A stretch of 61,463 nucleotides of DNA, filler included, from Pirum gemmata (GCA_002812295.1; 13 parts of 13 records of this genome joined end to end with filler, not necessarily neighbours in it), one strand, 5' to 3'; positions 12,723-25,163 are shown, counted from the first letter of the whole stretch. The notes: generated from the sequence alone by a model not told the origin. Numbers and translations: made by a program.

Positions 12723-12944
12723 AGTAGGGGTGAGATATCTACTGGAACTTTTTTCGAACATATGCTTATCGAGCCAACCTTAGTTTCATGTTCCTTACTA
12801 ACAATAGCAGTTAAATAGCTTAAATTAGAAAATATATTATAATAGTTATCAATTATTTAACATTAATAGTAATAAAAACCATAAAATCGGGAAAGTTCCG
12901 ACAGCTGTTCGGTAATAATAAAATGACGTCATCTCACCCCTACT
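12723..12944 (+). mobile_element. MITE family C (about 225 bp, AGTAGGGGTGAGAT TIRs), copy 1
   Basis: AGTAGGGGTGAGAT (12723-12736) and ATCTCACCCCTACT (12931-12944) are perfect 14-bp TIRs. A second copy lies inverted at 26492-26724. Confidence 0.8.
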
Positions 12945-14323
12945 GATACAAGCTAGGATTAGAGACTAGTTTAGATCAACCCTCACAATATTAACGACTA
13001 CAACGCATAGGAACAAAAGTTAAACCCCACAAAACAGAACAATTCAATTGCTAATCATAGACTATATTATTATGAGAAGTACAACAAGTTAATAAAACCG
13101 AACAACAATCAAATCATTAATTTATACAAAAGTGCTATGAAACAAGTCAACAAACTACAACTATAATTATTAACGATATAAGTTCATACAACCTACTGCT
13201 CCTCGAAAACAAGATTTTTTTTTTTGCTGGATGAAATTGCAAAATCCTCCATCTGACGAAATATTTTATTAATCGATGGCCAGCAAAGGTTTTAGAAAAG
13301 TCTAAAAAAATGATTTTTGCTGTTTTATCCGACAGTGGTAAAAAAATAAAAATAAAATTCTTTCTATCATCATACTATCATCAATCATATTAAATATCAT
13401 AATATCACAGAAAAAAAAAAGGGGGGGGAACTATAATGATGAAATAGTTATGAAATGTCTACTTCTACCATAGACTACTATCAGATACTACTACTTGTAA
13501 ACTAGTCTAGTTAGGTAGTTATTTATATTATATAACTGACAATCAAATCATTAACTTATACCAAAGTATTATGAAACAAATCAACAAAATTGTAACTTTA
13601 ATTAATTTAACTATATAACTATATAACCTACTGCTCCTCCTTTTTTTTATATATGATATGATAAAGGAAAACAGAGGAAAGAAACAGCTGGAAAGACACT
13701 TTTTTCTTATAAAACAAAGAATCTGAATCTATAGATTGAAGAAAGATTTTTTTTTTTTTGTTTTTTTTTTTGGTGTTTGGTGTTTGTTTTGACTCCATCA
13801 AGGAAAAAACGATTTGGGATCTTNNNNNNNNNNNNNNNNNNNNNNNNNNNNNNNNNNNNNNNNNNNNTTAATTAATTAANNNNNNNNNNNNNNNNNNNNN
13901 NNNNNNNNNNNNNNNNNNNNNNNCTCGAACATTTTTTAACATTATCGAACATTTTCGAACCAATTTAGTAATTTTCACTATTCGAGTTTTTTGAGTATCC
14001 AACTTTTGGACTGTATTATTATTATTATTATTATTATTATTACTAACACTAACACTAACACTAACACTAACACTAACACTAACACTACACTAGCACTGAC
14101 ACTACACTATAACACTAACACTAACACTAAAACCAACACTAAAACTAACACTAATACTAATAACACTTAACACTAACACTAACACTAACACTAACAATAA
14201 CAACAACAATGAAAAAATATAATAAAAAATTAAAAGTAACCTAGGTCTACTGTTACTGTCTACATTACTTAAATAACGTCATCAACTTTTTATATTGATA
14301 ATGAGAAAAATGAATTATTGTAG

Positions 14324-16573
14324 TTACTCTTGCCAGCCTTTTACAAAAGTGGAAAGCTGCATTTCCCATTTATCAACCAATAGGTATCGAGTATCTTTAG
14401 TTAAATGCCCGCTACTATCACCATACATTAACTTATGTGTACAAGGAATAAATGGACTACAAATATCATTTCTGCACAATACATCATCAAAACCAAAAGT
14501 ACGGATATATGTACTATTTAGTTCTTCCACGACCTTTTCATAAATGTCTGTTTGCATTTTGGTTCTCTGTTTGTGTTCAGCAAGAGTAAGCGTATCCATA
14601 TCAGATTGTGGATTATTTTCGTTCAGAATCTCCGAGGGGGTTCTTTTTAATGGATTTGGAGTGTCTTGTATAAGAAGTAAATAGGCTCTCTTTTTCTTTA
14701 AAAAATTTCCTAAATATTTCAAGTTGCTGTAAAACTTTTCTGTATTTTCAGTATTAATTCTATAATAATAAAAGCCAAATACAATGATATCGTTCTCTTT
14801 TGTCAAGTTTTGAAATCTCAGATTTGATTTTAATACAATTTTAAAAGAATCATTTTCGCCTAAAACTCCCCCAATAATACTATATGAAACTAAATGACTA
14901 AAGGTTAAACTTTGACCAGCAATTGCTCTCGACAAGGCATAGTATTGATTGGAGGCGTGACTGTCTCCTATTATTTACAGGTATACACAAACAAAAAGAA
15001 AAACAGTAAAAAATCGGATTAGGGTTTAAAGATTCATGTTTTATGTCACACTTGAAAATTTCGAGTGAATGCTTGGTCATTATTCAGGGTTAGAAAAATT
15101 ACCTATTAAAAGCACCTTCGAGTATATACCTTTGGCTCCTGTTAAGCAAGTTTGTTCTAAGTTTTTTTCTGGTACATGGCAACGCTTTGCATTTGGCAAT
15201 CCTATGAGGTTCCCTCCTCCTGCGGTTATATCTGAGCTATTCTCCAATTGTAAGCATTCTTCATTGGAAACATTTCTGGTATTAATAGTTGTGTTATATG
15301 TTTTTATAAAAGGGTGCCTAATTGTATCATGCTGTTGATAAAGCAACCACAGTATTAAATAACTGAAAATTAAGGCTACGAATGCAGAAAGAAAGGTTTT
15401 GCAGCAGCATGGTTGCGTGTGACTGCACGACAACCATTTGGGATTCTTACATGGGGTTTCTATATAGTAGTAAGACAGAGTTGCCAAGAAAAAAATGAAT
15501 AACATTTGCCAAAATATCGTGGTTAGCGAAACGAAATACCCCCATCTCGATAAACTTAAAACCATCCAGTGATATAGATACAAGGAATAAGAAATTTTTC
15601 CAATAAATTGTAGAATATTGGAAGTTAAAAGGGAATATATTTTACTTTCAGGTTTTACACATATGATAAGTAAACAGGTGAGCATAACAATAGCTGGCGC
15701 GGTTACGTAGATATAAACTTCAGGTGTACAGAATATAAACCCAAGGCCAAAAACGACAAAAAAATTCACCACCTCAAGAGATAGGCTATGTTGCAGAGAC
15801 GAAGATAACTCATATTCATAATAGATTGTAGAAACTATACAGCCACATCCCAATTCCCAAAATCTTGAAGGGATTAAAAAATATCCCGCTGAAAAGCCTC
15901 CTTTAAACTTACCCATAATGAACATAATAAAAAAGAACATTGATAATATAGTAAGAATTATCAAGCATAATACTCTTAACCTAAAACTACTAGCAGTAAC
16001 CCAAAATACTGTTGGATAGAAAAAATAAAATTGCTCTTCCACACTAAGGGACCAAGTATGGGTAAAAGTATTCAGTTGCGCAGTTTGGCCAAAGTAATCA
16101 GTAGATAAGTAATAAAGATAATTGTTGCTTAATCCCGTTAATGCAAAATTTCCAGTTAAAAATGATGGTTTGCTTTCAGCTTGAGAGGGAATCAAAAATA
16201 CCATTCCGATGCCAGTCAAAACTGCAGAGCTTAGCAATGCTGGTAAAAGTCTTCTTATTCTTCTAGAGTAAAATTGCAATATAAACCAAAGGAATGAATT
16301 TGATATATTTTCCGTACTACTTGCAGCAATAGGCAAAAACCCAGACTTTCGATTTATCAAACTTGCTGTGACCACATAGCCTGATATAACAAAAAACATG
16401 TCAACTCCGAGATATCCACCCGGCAGAGCTTGGGAATTTACATGAGCAACAATAACAGCTAAAACTGCGACAGCTCTTAACCCATCGATCTCCGATCGAT
16501 ATTCATTTTTTTTAAATTGAGACATATAATAGCCAGATATAGTTTCTATATTATTATAACATAATATTGTCAT
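14324..16573 (-). CDS. AT3-SGNH fused O-acyltransferase (OafA/OatA-like), two exons
   Basis: Exon 1 is 16573 (or ATG 16525) to 15103, then a 135-nt GT-AG intron (15102-14968), then exon 2 at 14967-14324. Splicing joins the two ORF-track fragments into KVLLIG^DSHASNQYYALSRAIAG. AT3 motifs: YRSEIDGLRAVAVLAVIVAH (R-X10-H), GYLGVDMFFVISGY, RRIRR, HTWSLSVEEQFY, IGKISYSLYLYHW. SGNH motifs: GDSH and a C-terminal YGDSSGHLT. Confidence 0.92.
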
Positions 16574-17118
16574 TGTTAATACAAAATATAGATATGGTAC
16601 AGAAAAGGGACCAAAAACTACAACTTCCTATAATCAAAACTGTAAATTAAAACGTATTGTATGACATTATAGCTATATCTATGACTATGACTATAACTTT
16701 AACTATAACTATAACTATAACTATAACTATAACTATATCTATATCCATATCTATATCTATATCTATAACTATAACTATAACTATGTTGTAAAAAAATATC
16801 TATTTGATATTTAGCAGTTTAAAAGCATAAATAAAGACAATAACAACGTTATTACCTCTACTTATACCTATTTCTTTATTAATATAATTTATTATTATTA
16901 CAAAATAATATTATATCATATGTTGGGGTAACATATAATTATAACAACAAGCTCCTTTTACAACACTCCCCCAAAATTTCAATAATTTGAAATTTGATGA
17001 AGGTAAAGAGCGTAGTTGTTATTGCTTAAACTCCTAAATAGCAAAAAAAAAGAAAAATTAAAAAAAATTAAATATATCAAGTCATCATGTAAACCTCCNG
17101 TAGTAGTAGTAGTAGCTA

Positions 17119-17172
<54 letters not shown>

Positions 17173-17195
17173 CAGTAGTAGTAGTAGTAGCAGTA

Positions 17196-17376
17196 GTGCT
17201 TTTCGGTTGTTTTGTCATCATAAAATATACAATAAAGAGTACCAAATTAATACTATATAAATGCATTTCATTTAATTTGGTATAATTTATAATTTATTTA
17301 TTCATTTAAAAAAGTCAATTTAAATATCATAACCAACCAAATAAATATTTGGAGTGACAAAATAAACGAAAAGCAC
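17196..17376 (-). mobile_element. MITE family A (about 155-195 bp, GTGCTTTTC...GAAAAGCAC TIRs)
   Basis: Ends GTGCTTTTCGGTTGTTTTGTCA / TGACAAAATAAACGAAAAGCAC. At least 13 full or partial copies occur in the window. Confidence 0.85.
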
Positions 17377-17389
17377 AATAATACTAATA

Positions 17390-18500
17390 CAATACAACAA
17401 AATTTTCTTGAGCAATTATTTATATTATATATAGACTATCTATATTATATTACTAATACTAATATTATAGTGCTTTTCTGTTGTTTTGTCATCATAAATA
17501 TACAATAAATAGTATCAAATTAATACAATATAAATCCGTTTCATTTAATTTGGTATATTTTATTATTTATTTATTAACTTAAAAAAGTCATTTTAATTAA
17601 ATATCATAACCAACCAAATAAATATTTGGAGTGACAAAATAAACGAAAAGCACAATAATACTAATACTATTTGAGCAACACTTTCAAATTCAGACTATAG
17701 TTATTTTAGTGTTATTTACTTTGCTCAAAAAAAACAATACAACAATACAACAGTACAACAATATAACAATACTATACAACAATACAACAATACAACAATA
17801 CAACAATACAACAATACAACAATACAACAATACAACAATACAACAATACAACAAAATTTTCTTGAGCAATTATTTATATTATTGTTGCTCAAAAAAATTT
17901 CTTGAGCAATTATTTATATTATATATAGACTATCTATATATTTCATTACTAATACTAATACTAATACGAATACTATTTGAGNTTAGGGTTAGGGTTAGGG
18001 TTGGGGTTTTGTTTTTGATAATTTTTTGTTGTTGTTTTCTTAATAAAACCCCAATTTCAAACTCAACAATACAACAATACAACAATACAACAATACAACA
18101 ATACAACAATACAACAATACAACAAAATTTTCTTGAGCAATTATTTATATTATTGTTGCTCAAAAAAATTTCTTGAGCAATTATTTATATTATATATAGA
18201 CTATCTATATATTTCATTACTAATACTAATACTAATACGAATACTATTTGAGCAACACTTTCAAATTCAGACTATAGTTATTTAGTGTTATTTACTTTGC
18301 TAAAAAAAAAAACAATACAACAATACAACAATACAACAATACAACAATACAACAATACACTACAATACTATACAACAACACAACAATACAACAACACAAC
18401 AAAACAACAATACAACAATACAACAATACAACAATACAACAATACAACAATACAACAATACAACAATACAACAATACAATAATACAACAATACAATAATA
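17390..18500. repeat. Composite repeat block: TACAACAA satellite interleaved with TTGAGCAA/TTGCTCAA motifs and direct repeats
   Basis: Blocks such as TTTCTTGAGCAATTATTTATATTATATATAGACTATCTATAT and ATACTATTTGAGCAACACTTTCAAATTCAGACTATAG each occur 2-3 times. A single-N join lies at 17982. Confidence 0.8.
17470..17653 (-). mobile_element. MITE family A copy
   Basis: Same TIRs and interior as 17196-17376. Confidence 0.85.
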
Positions 18501-18645
18501 NNNNNNNNNNNNNNNNNNNNNNNNNNNNNNNNNNNNNNNNNNNNTTAATTAATTAANNNNNNNNNNNNNNNNNNNNNNNNNNNNNNNNNNNNNNNNNNNN
18601 TAATAAATAATAATAATAAATAATAATAGTAATAATAAAACATAC

Positions 18646-19439
18646 TTTCTCTCAAGCACATAATAGGATCACTACTGGATTTCATTTTCTTAACTTCATC
18701 TCTGGTACGATAACTAGTACCAGGATCAGACATACTATGGCCACCATAACGATAAGTCACAGTTTCCATTAGGATAGGCCCTGTATTGCGAGCGTGCTCA
18801 GCACAATATTCTGAAGCTTGTTTGACAGCTAAAACATCCATACCTAATTTGTAATTTAATCGTCTTAGTACACAACAAAACAAACCAAACCAAAACAAGT
18901 TCATAAAACTAACATACACACACACACACACATGGTGATATATATATATATATATATATATAAAGGGTTAGGGAAAAAAACAAAGAAAGAAAAAAAAAAG
19001 AAAAAAGAAAAAGGAAAAAATCTAAAAAATACCGTCTACTTGAACACCTGGAACATAATCACCACGTGTATAATATTGAAAAGAAGCAGAGGAACGTTCT
19101 TGTGACGTACCCATACCATAACGATTATTTTCACAAACAAAAACAGCAGGCAAGTCCCACAATTTAGCCATGTTGTAGGCTTCAAAAATTTGGCCTTGGT
19201 TAGCAGCTCCATCACCATAGGCAGCAAAACATACACCACCATCGTTTCTATATTTATGACCCAGTGCAATACCGGCACCAAGAGGAACCTTAATATAAAT
19301 TTAGTTTACAATTTCAATAAACCTTAACAAAAAATAATAATGTCTACCAAAACTACCATGAAATATTATAAAACAATACCAAAAAATGAAAAAGTAATAA
19401 TAAAAGTAATAAACAAACGAACCCTTGATGATAACATTG

Positions 19440-19475
<36 letters not shown>

Positions 19476-20033
19476 TGATTATGAAAATGAAAATCAAAAT
19501 AATAACAATAATAACAATAACAACACTCGTTTCCATTAACATTATCAAAACCTTCAAATTAACATAAACACTAGCTTAACACTTAATTTAATACTAACAT
19601 TACTATTTACATTAATTGAAAGATGATAACTAGCATCATAATAAAACAAACCCCCAGCTTAAAATAAATAAAATATATCAATAAAATGAAAAATAGGGTT
19701 AGGAAATAGGTTAAGATTTAGGGGCTAGGCTTAAGGTGGGAATTATTAACGTTCCCGTTGGGGTTGGGGTTAGCGTTAGAGTTCAAAAAGTAATAATAAT
19801 AATAATAAATATACCTGGGCACCTACGATACCATTTCCGCCAAAGAAGTTTTTACAGTAAAGATGCATAGACCCCCCTTTTCCTTTCGAAACACCATCCT
19901 TTCTACCTAACAATTCTGCAATAATGTACTTTGGCTCAATACCACGAAGGTAAGTATAACCATGACATCTGTAAGATGTAATTATAGTGTCTTGAGGTTT
20001 ACACACAGCCTCTATACCTACAGCAACAGCTTC
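18646..20033 (-). CDS. PDHA1: Pyruvate dehydrogenase E1 alpha subunit, three internal exons
   Basis: Exons 20033-19815, 19288-19033 and 18843-18646 (GT-AG, phase-consistent): EAVAVGIE...ITSYRCHG...GKGGSMHLY...GGNGIVGAQ^VPLGAGIAL...[21 protein letters not shown]...[11 protein letters not shown]...VD^GMDVLAV...[22 protein letters not shown]. This includes the TPP-binding GDGA..NN motif and the phosphorylation loop. The 5' and 3' exons are absent. Confidence 0.96.
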
Positions 20034-20179
20034 CTGCATATATAAAGAAATTAATATTGTTATTGCTATTGTTAATATTTAAACTATTGTTATATTTATT
20101 GTATTTATCATTGTTATGATAAAGGGAATTTGTAAAGCTATCGTTCTGTTGCTACTGTTGCTACTGTTGCTACTGTTGC

Positions 20180-20224
<45 letters not shown>

Positions 20225-20243
20225 CAATGATAATCGAAAACAG

Positions 20244-21426
20244 GGGTTATTGGCATGAAACTCGGTGAAAAAGCTATACTACGCGTAACATCTGACTATG
20301 GATATGGTGAAGGTATGTTCACTTATTACTTGTTTATTTTCACTATTTTTTCTTAAAAAATTAAAATAGTTATTACAATAAAATTTAAATAGTTTTACAA
20401 TAGACCGCCCTCGTAGACCGTCACCACCAATCTTCCGAAATATTCGTTTAATATATAGAAACTTTTTTTGGCATAATATTATTATGCCAAAAAAGTATCT
20501 ATTTCTTAATGATAATAATAATCATGATAATTGATATTTGATAATCCATAATTGACGATTGATATAGTATGACAAAAAGCAATATTATTTTAAAAATAAT
20601 AAAAACAATTATAACATGATCAGAGTAGTTGGTAGTGGCAATACTATGCATAATGATGTTATATATGAATGTTAACAATATGGAGCTATGGTTGGGTAAT
20701 TTATGAAGTTGTATATCGTGAATCACACTGTTAATGTCTGTTATTAATAATTGATAATTGATATGTCAATATCAATATCAACATTATTTTTTAAAATAAA
20801 GACAATGATAATTGTAATTGTAATTGTAACATGAATAGAGAAGTTGGTGGTGGTAGTACTAGTAATGTTATTTATGAATATTAGCAATACAGAACTTTAT
20901 ATAGTAGGTTAATTTATTGTTGAGTTGTATATTATGAATAACTCGATTAATGTGGGTTTGTTTTAATATTGTTGCGAAAATATTATTGGGGGTTTCGTTT
21001 TGTTTTTTATATGGAAAGAGTTTGACTTGTTTTTACGCTTTTCTATTGTGATTCTTAATTTACTATTTTTATTAATAAACAGAGGGGATGGCACCAACTA
21101 TTCCACCAAACGCAGACCTAGGTAAACGAAATTTACTCTTATACTTTTTTTAAAAAAATTCTCCTCCATTCTATTTGCTTTTTTTACTTTTTTTACTTTA
21201 CTTTCTTGTTTACTTAATTTGGCTTATTTCGAGATTTTTAATGAAAATCATGAGTTGTTGTTGTTGTTGTTGTTGTTTTTCCATAAAACATTCTGGGGTT
21301 GTTCTTGTTGGAAAAATCAAGTACTTAATGATATTATACTCTTATTTATTTTATTTAGTTTTTGAAGTTGAACTTTTAAAGATTGCAGATGAATCTGCAG
21401 ACTCTGGTGGTTGTACGATTAGTTAA
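20244..21426 (+). CDS. FKBP-type peptidyl-prolyl isomerase, 3' three exons, ending in a CaaX motif (CTIS)
   Basis: Exons 20244-20312, 21083-21121 and 21359-21426 (GT-AG, all phase 1) give GVIGMKLGEKAILRVTSDYGYGE^EGMAPTIPPNADL^VFEVELLKIADESADSGGCTIS*. This matches the FKBP C-half pattern GM..GEK..L.....YGYG..G....IPPNA.L.FEVELL. It is largely missed by the ORF track. Confidence 0.9.
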
Positions 21427-22033
21427 ACGTATGTAACAAATTCCATTTCCAATTCATTTAAAAGAAAAATTCAATACAGATATTAAAAACCAAAAAAAAC
21501 AAGATTGTTACATGAGCTTAAAAAATCCTTGTCCATTTAAACTAACAGTTAAAGTGCTATACAATATTGATGTATGTATAATAAGTAGCTTAACAATACA
21601 TTTACGCACAAACTTACCAATGTTTTATGAAAAGGGTAAAAAACTCAACTCAAACACTCTGTTCCGTTGATCTGTGTGTGTACAATTACAACTACATTGC
21701 GAAACATTTGCGAATCTTTGAACTTTCAGTTTTTGATCCGTAAACCACATTGGGAAATATATTTGCGAATCTTTAAGTCACAATGTACATGATTTTAAAT
21801 AAAATACTTCCAGAGTTTGTATTAAGTAATTTAATTTTTAATTACTATCAGACACGTGCAAATAAAAACAGCTACAAGCTAAGTTTGCTTTTAATGCATT
21901 TATAAATTTAAATAACATGACCCCCTTTTGAAACAGAATACTGTAAATACAATTTCTTACTCTCCCAAGTTCTAAAAAGTACAAACTCGTGAAAGAGATA
22001 AAAACAATAACCAAACAGTCAAGCAAATAATAC

Positions 22034-22076
<43 letters not shown>

Positions 22077-22084
22077 CGCAAACT

Positions 22085-22405
22085 AATCCGAATCTGAATT
22101 CGATTTTGATTCTGTATCGTAACCCGATTTTGATTTTAAATTTTGAATCCGAATCCAAATCCCACTTTTTGATTTTAAATCGAATCCGAATCTAAATCCG
22201 ATTTAGATTTTGAATCCACATCCGAATCTGATTTTAATTTAATTTTCAACTCGAATCTAAATCCGATTTTGATTATAAATCTAAATCTAAATCCCCAATC
22301 CAATTTTACTATTGAATCCGAATCCCGAATTCAAATTTGATTTTTAAACGAATTCGAATCCGATTCTGATTTTAGTTTTGATTTTCAATCCGAATCCGAA
22401 TTTGA
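22085..22405. repeat. Degenerate hexamer array (GAATCC/AAATCC/GATTTT)
   Basis: About 320 nt of alternating AATCCG and GATTTT variants just downstream of the HAT-like stop codon. Confidence 0.7.
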
Positions 22406-22413
22406 TTTGGTTT

Positions 22414-22939
22414 TTATATCAATAATAATTGTTGTTCTAGCTCTATGCAACTTGGCCCAAATACTTTCTCAGCACGTTTGTATACATTGTTTGCAGCCGA
22501 AAAATTGTTCAATCTTCTCAAAGATTTTATGTATTTCACATACATTTCTAAAATAAGAAAAAAAATATAAAAGGGAGGTAAATTAGGTATGTGGGTGGGA
22601 TCTTGATATTCTTTTGAGCTTCACTTTGGTTTATTCGAATAAACTGATAAACAAAAAATAAAAAATTAAAAATTAAATCGAAGAAAAAAAAAAAAGAGGG
22701 AGAGAGAGGCCTTTGTATCATTTAGCATTGGGGTTCTACTTAAATATGTTATGAAACCTTGGTTAGTTGAATAAATTATAATTAAAAAAATACCGAGGTT
22801 CTGGGGTGAGCTACTAATTGCTTTTTCATACAATTGCCGAATATGCTTTAGAGAAGGATTCATAATTTGATTTTCTTCCATTTCAATACACTTTAAAATA
22901 AAATCAAACAAATGCAAAGCAGTACCGTTTGAAATTATC
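22414..22939 (-). CDS. C-terminal exons of a HAT/TPR-repeat protein (UTP6-like)
   Basis: Exons 22939-22794 and 22547-22414: IISNGTALHLFDFILKCIEMEE...KHIRQLYEKAISSSPQNL^EMYVKYIKSLRRLNNFSAANNVYKRAEKVFGPSCIELEQQLLLI*. IRQLYEKA...P and VYKRA fit the HAT repeat pattern. The UTP6 identity is tentative. Confidence 0.6.
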
Positions 22940-23822
22940 CTAATTTTTGTTAATCGTGTTTGGTAATGGTTAATAAAAATAATAACAATAATAATAATAC
23001 TAATACTAATACTAATACTAATCATAATCATAATCATAATAATATAATATAATAACAACAATAATGATGATAATGATAATAATAATAATAATATAATAAT
23101 CGTGTTCGGTAATGGTTAATAATAATAATAATAATNNNNNNNNNNNNNNNNNNNNNNNNNNNNNNNNNNNNNNNNNNNNTTAATTAATTAANNNNNNNNN
23201 NNNNNNNNNNNNNNNNNNNNNNNNNNNNNNNNNNNTAATAATAATAATAATAATAATAATAAAGTACAACAACACTCTGGCGAGCCAACAGTTGCCACCC
23301 CACAAAACGGAAATTTGAACTTTGTGAGTTCTATTTGTGAGTTTAATTAACAGGGACTTCTGAAGTTCTGATACAGTACAAATTATATAATATTAGGTCT
23401 ACAGTAATTACTGCCCTGTGGTTGGTCCAAAAATTTAGTATTTTCTTCTGTTTTTATTGATTGGTATACAAAACTCTTCTACTAGAAAAAATACACCTAT
23501 CACATACAGCATTTTTCGAGCCATTTTCTCTGTCCGAGTATCAGAAATTCTCGATTTCTTCTGTGTAATATATAATGTATGTAGTTGAAATAGGTTTAGA
23601 CCCGATTTTTAGGTACATATTATTTATAATGTAGTATCAGATAATAATAATAATATAATAAACATACTATCATGATATTAATACAATAAAAAAACGTATA
23701 AAAGAAAAGTATTTTGTAAAAATTCAGAATAATAATATTAATACTACTAGAAATTAATTATATATGAATCATTATTAAAATTACAGTGTCACTTTCAGTA
23801 ATACAATAATATATTAATCAAC

Positions 23823-25163
23823 ATGTACATAACTAAATTATTTTTATTTTCAGCTTTTGCCGTGGCATCCGGTATAAGTGAAAGTTTAAGAGCTTGCCCC
23901 TTGAAAGCTGATGTTCATTTTGCTATGGATAAGAGTGGGAGTTTGCAGGCTAATGTACCATCTGGTGAAGATAGATCTACTTACAATTTTAAACTGTTGG
24001 TAAATTTCGTTCGTAATGTTACTAAAACTTTTCAAATTAACGAAGATGGTGTCCATGTGTCTTTCTCTAGCTATTCAAACAAAGGTTCATCCATGGTTAA
24101 ACAACCTTTTAAGTCTGGCACAGCAAAATGGAGTTCGAACCAAACAAGTGTTAATAATTTCTTATCAAATTATAGTGAAATTGTAGATGGTTCTACAAAT
24201 CCTGCATATATGCTTGTTAACAAAATTAAGCCGATTTTCTCAAATAGAGCAAGAGCAGTACCAAAAGTAATTATTTTTTTAACAGACGGAAAGCAAACAG
24301 TAACTGATCTTGATTACCCTTATAAAAAGATCGGGGATTGGTGCGCAGTCACTCGAGCAGAAGGATTCACTATTTTTGCTGTTGGTATTGCTGAATTCAA
24401 TAAAACGGAACTAATATCTATGACTGGAGATGAAAATAAAGTTTTTACTGTTGCTGGTTTTGATAAATTAAACTCAGTGATGCAAAATATGTCGGATACT
24501 CTATGTCGTACTTGTCCTAAAACTTCGGAATGGGATGAAAGTAAATTCAAATGCGTAGACATCGATGAATGTAAAATTGATACACATAATTGTACCTCTA
24601 CACAATATTGTAGTAACATTGAAGACGGTTTTACTTGTAAAAACTGTGATATAACTAGTATTGAAAATTGTTTGACTGTTAAACCAAACTGTGATAATAC
24701 TGGTAAAAAGACTTGTGAAGTTTGTAAAGATGGTTATGCACTTAGTTCAGGCAATACGACTTGTTTGGACATTGATGAATGTGCTACAAACACTCACAAC
24801 TGTGATAGTAATTTGCAATATTGTAACAATATTAAAGGTAAATTTGAATGCAATAACTGTGACCCAACTAACATCCAAAATTGTATAAATTTTAAGCCTG
24901 GTTGTGATAGTACTGGTAAAAAAACTTGTGAAGCTTGTGAGGCTGGTTATACACTTAGAGTAAGCAATACTACTTGTGTAGCCACAACACCACCAGGGAG
25001 GGGCGGTTCTCAATTTGACGCAAACAGAGGTTTAGATGGCGATAAAGGCAAAGATAAAGCAAATATATGGGCGATCGTAGGAGGATCTGCTGGTGGATTT
25101 GCTTTGGTGGGTGGTTGCTCGTTTATAGCTTATAAAGTTTACATCGCTAAAGTCGCTAGTTAA
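23823..25163 (+). CDS. Type I membrane protein: signal peptide, vWA (MIDAS), two cbEGF/Cys-rich repeats, TM
   Basis: Intronless 446-aa ORF. Signal peptide MYITKLFLFSAFAVASG; vWA DVHFAMDKSGS (DxSxS)...GST...KVIIFLTDG...IFAVGI; two roughly 70-aa repeats starting C.DIDEC...THNC; TM IWAIVGGSAGGFALVGGCSFIAY; tail of about 9 aa. Confidence 0.92.
   Translation: MYITKLFLFSAFAVASGISESLRACPLKADVHFAMDKSGSLQANVPSGEDRSTYNFKLLVNFVRNVTKTFQINEDGVHVSFSSYSNKGSSMVKQPFKSGTAKWSSNQTSVNNFLSNYSEIVDGSTNPAYMLVNKIKPIFSNRARAVPKVIIFLTDGKQTVTDLDYPYKKIGDWCAVTRAEGFTIFAVGIAEFNKTELISMTGDENKVFTVAGFDKLNSVMQNMSDTLCRTCPKTSEWDESKFKCVDIDECKIDTHNCTSTQYCSNIEDGFTCKNCDITSIENCLTVKPNCDNTGKKTCEVCKDGYALSSGNTTCLDIDECATNTHNCDSNLQYCNNIKGKFECNNCDPTNIQNCINFKPGCDSTGKKTCEACEAGYTLRVSNTTCVATTPPGRGGSQFDANRGLDGDKGKDKANIWAIVGGSAGGFALVGGCSFIAYKVYIAKVAS

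Noticed and set aside
14898..15102. Stop-codon readthrough, alternative genetic code or pseudogene explaining the split acyltransferase
   Set aside because: A canonical phase-1 GT-AG intron restores GDSH, and other genes in the window translate correctly with the standard code.
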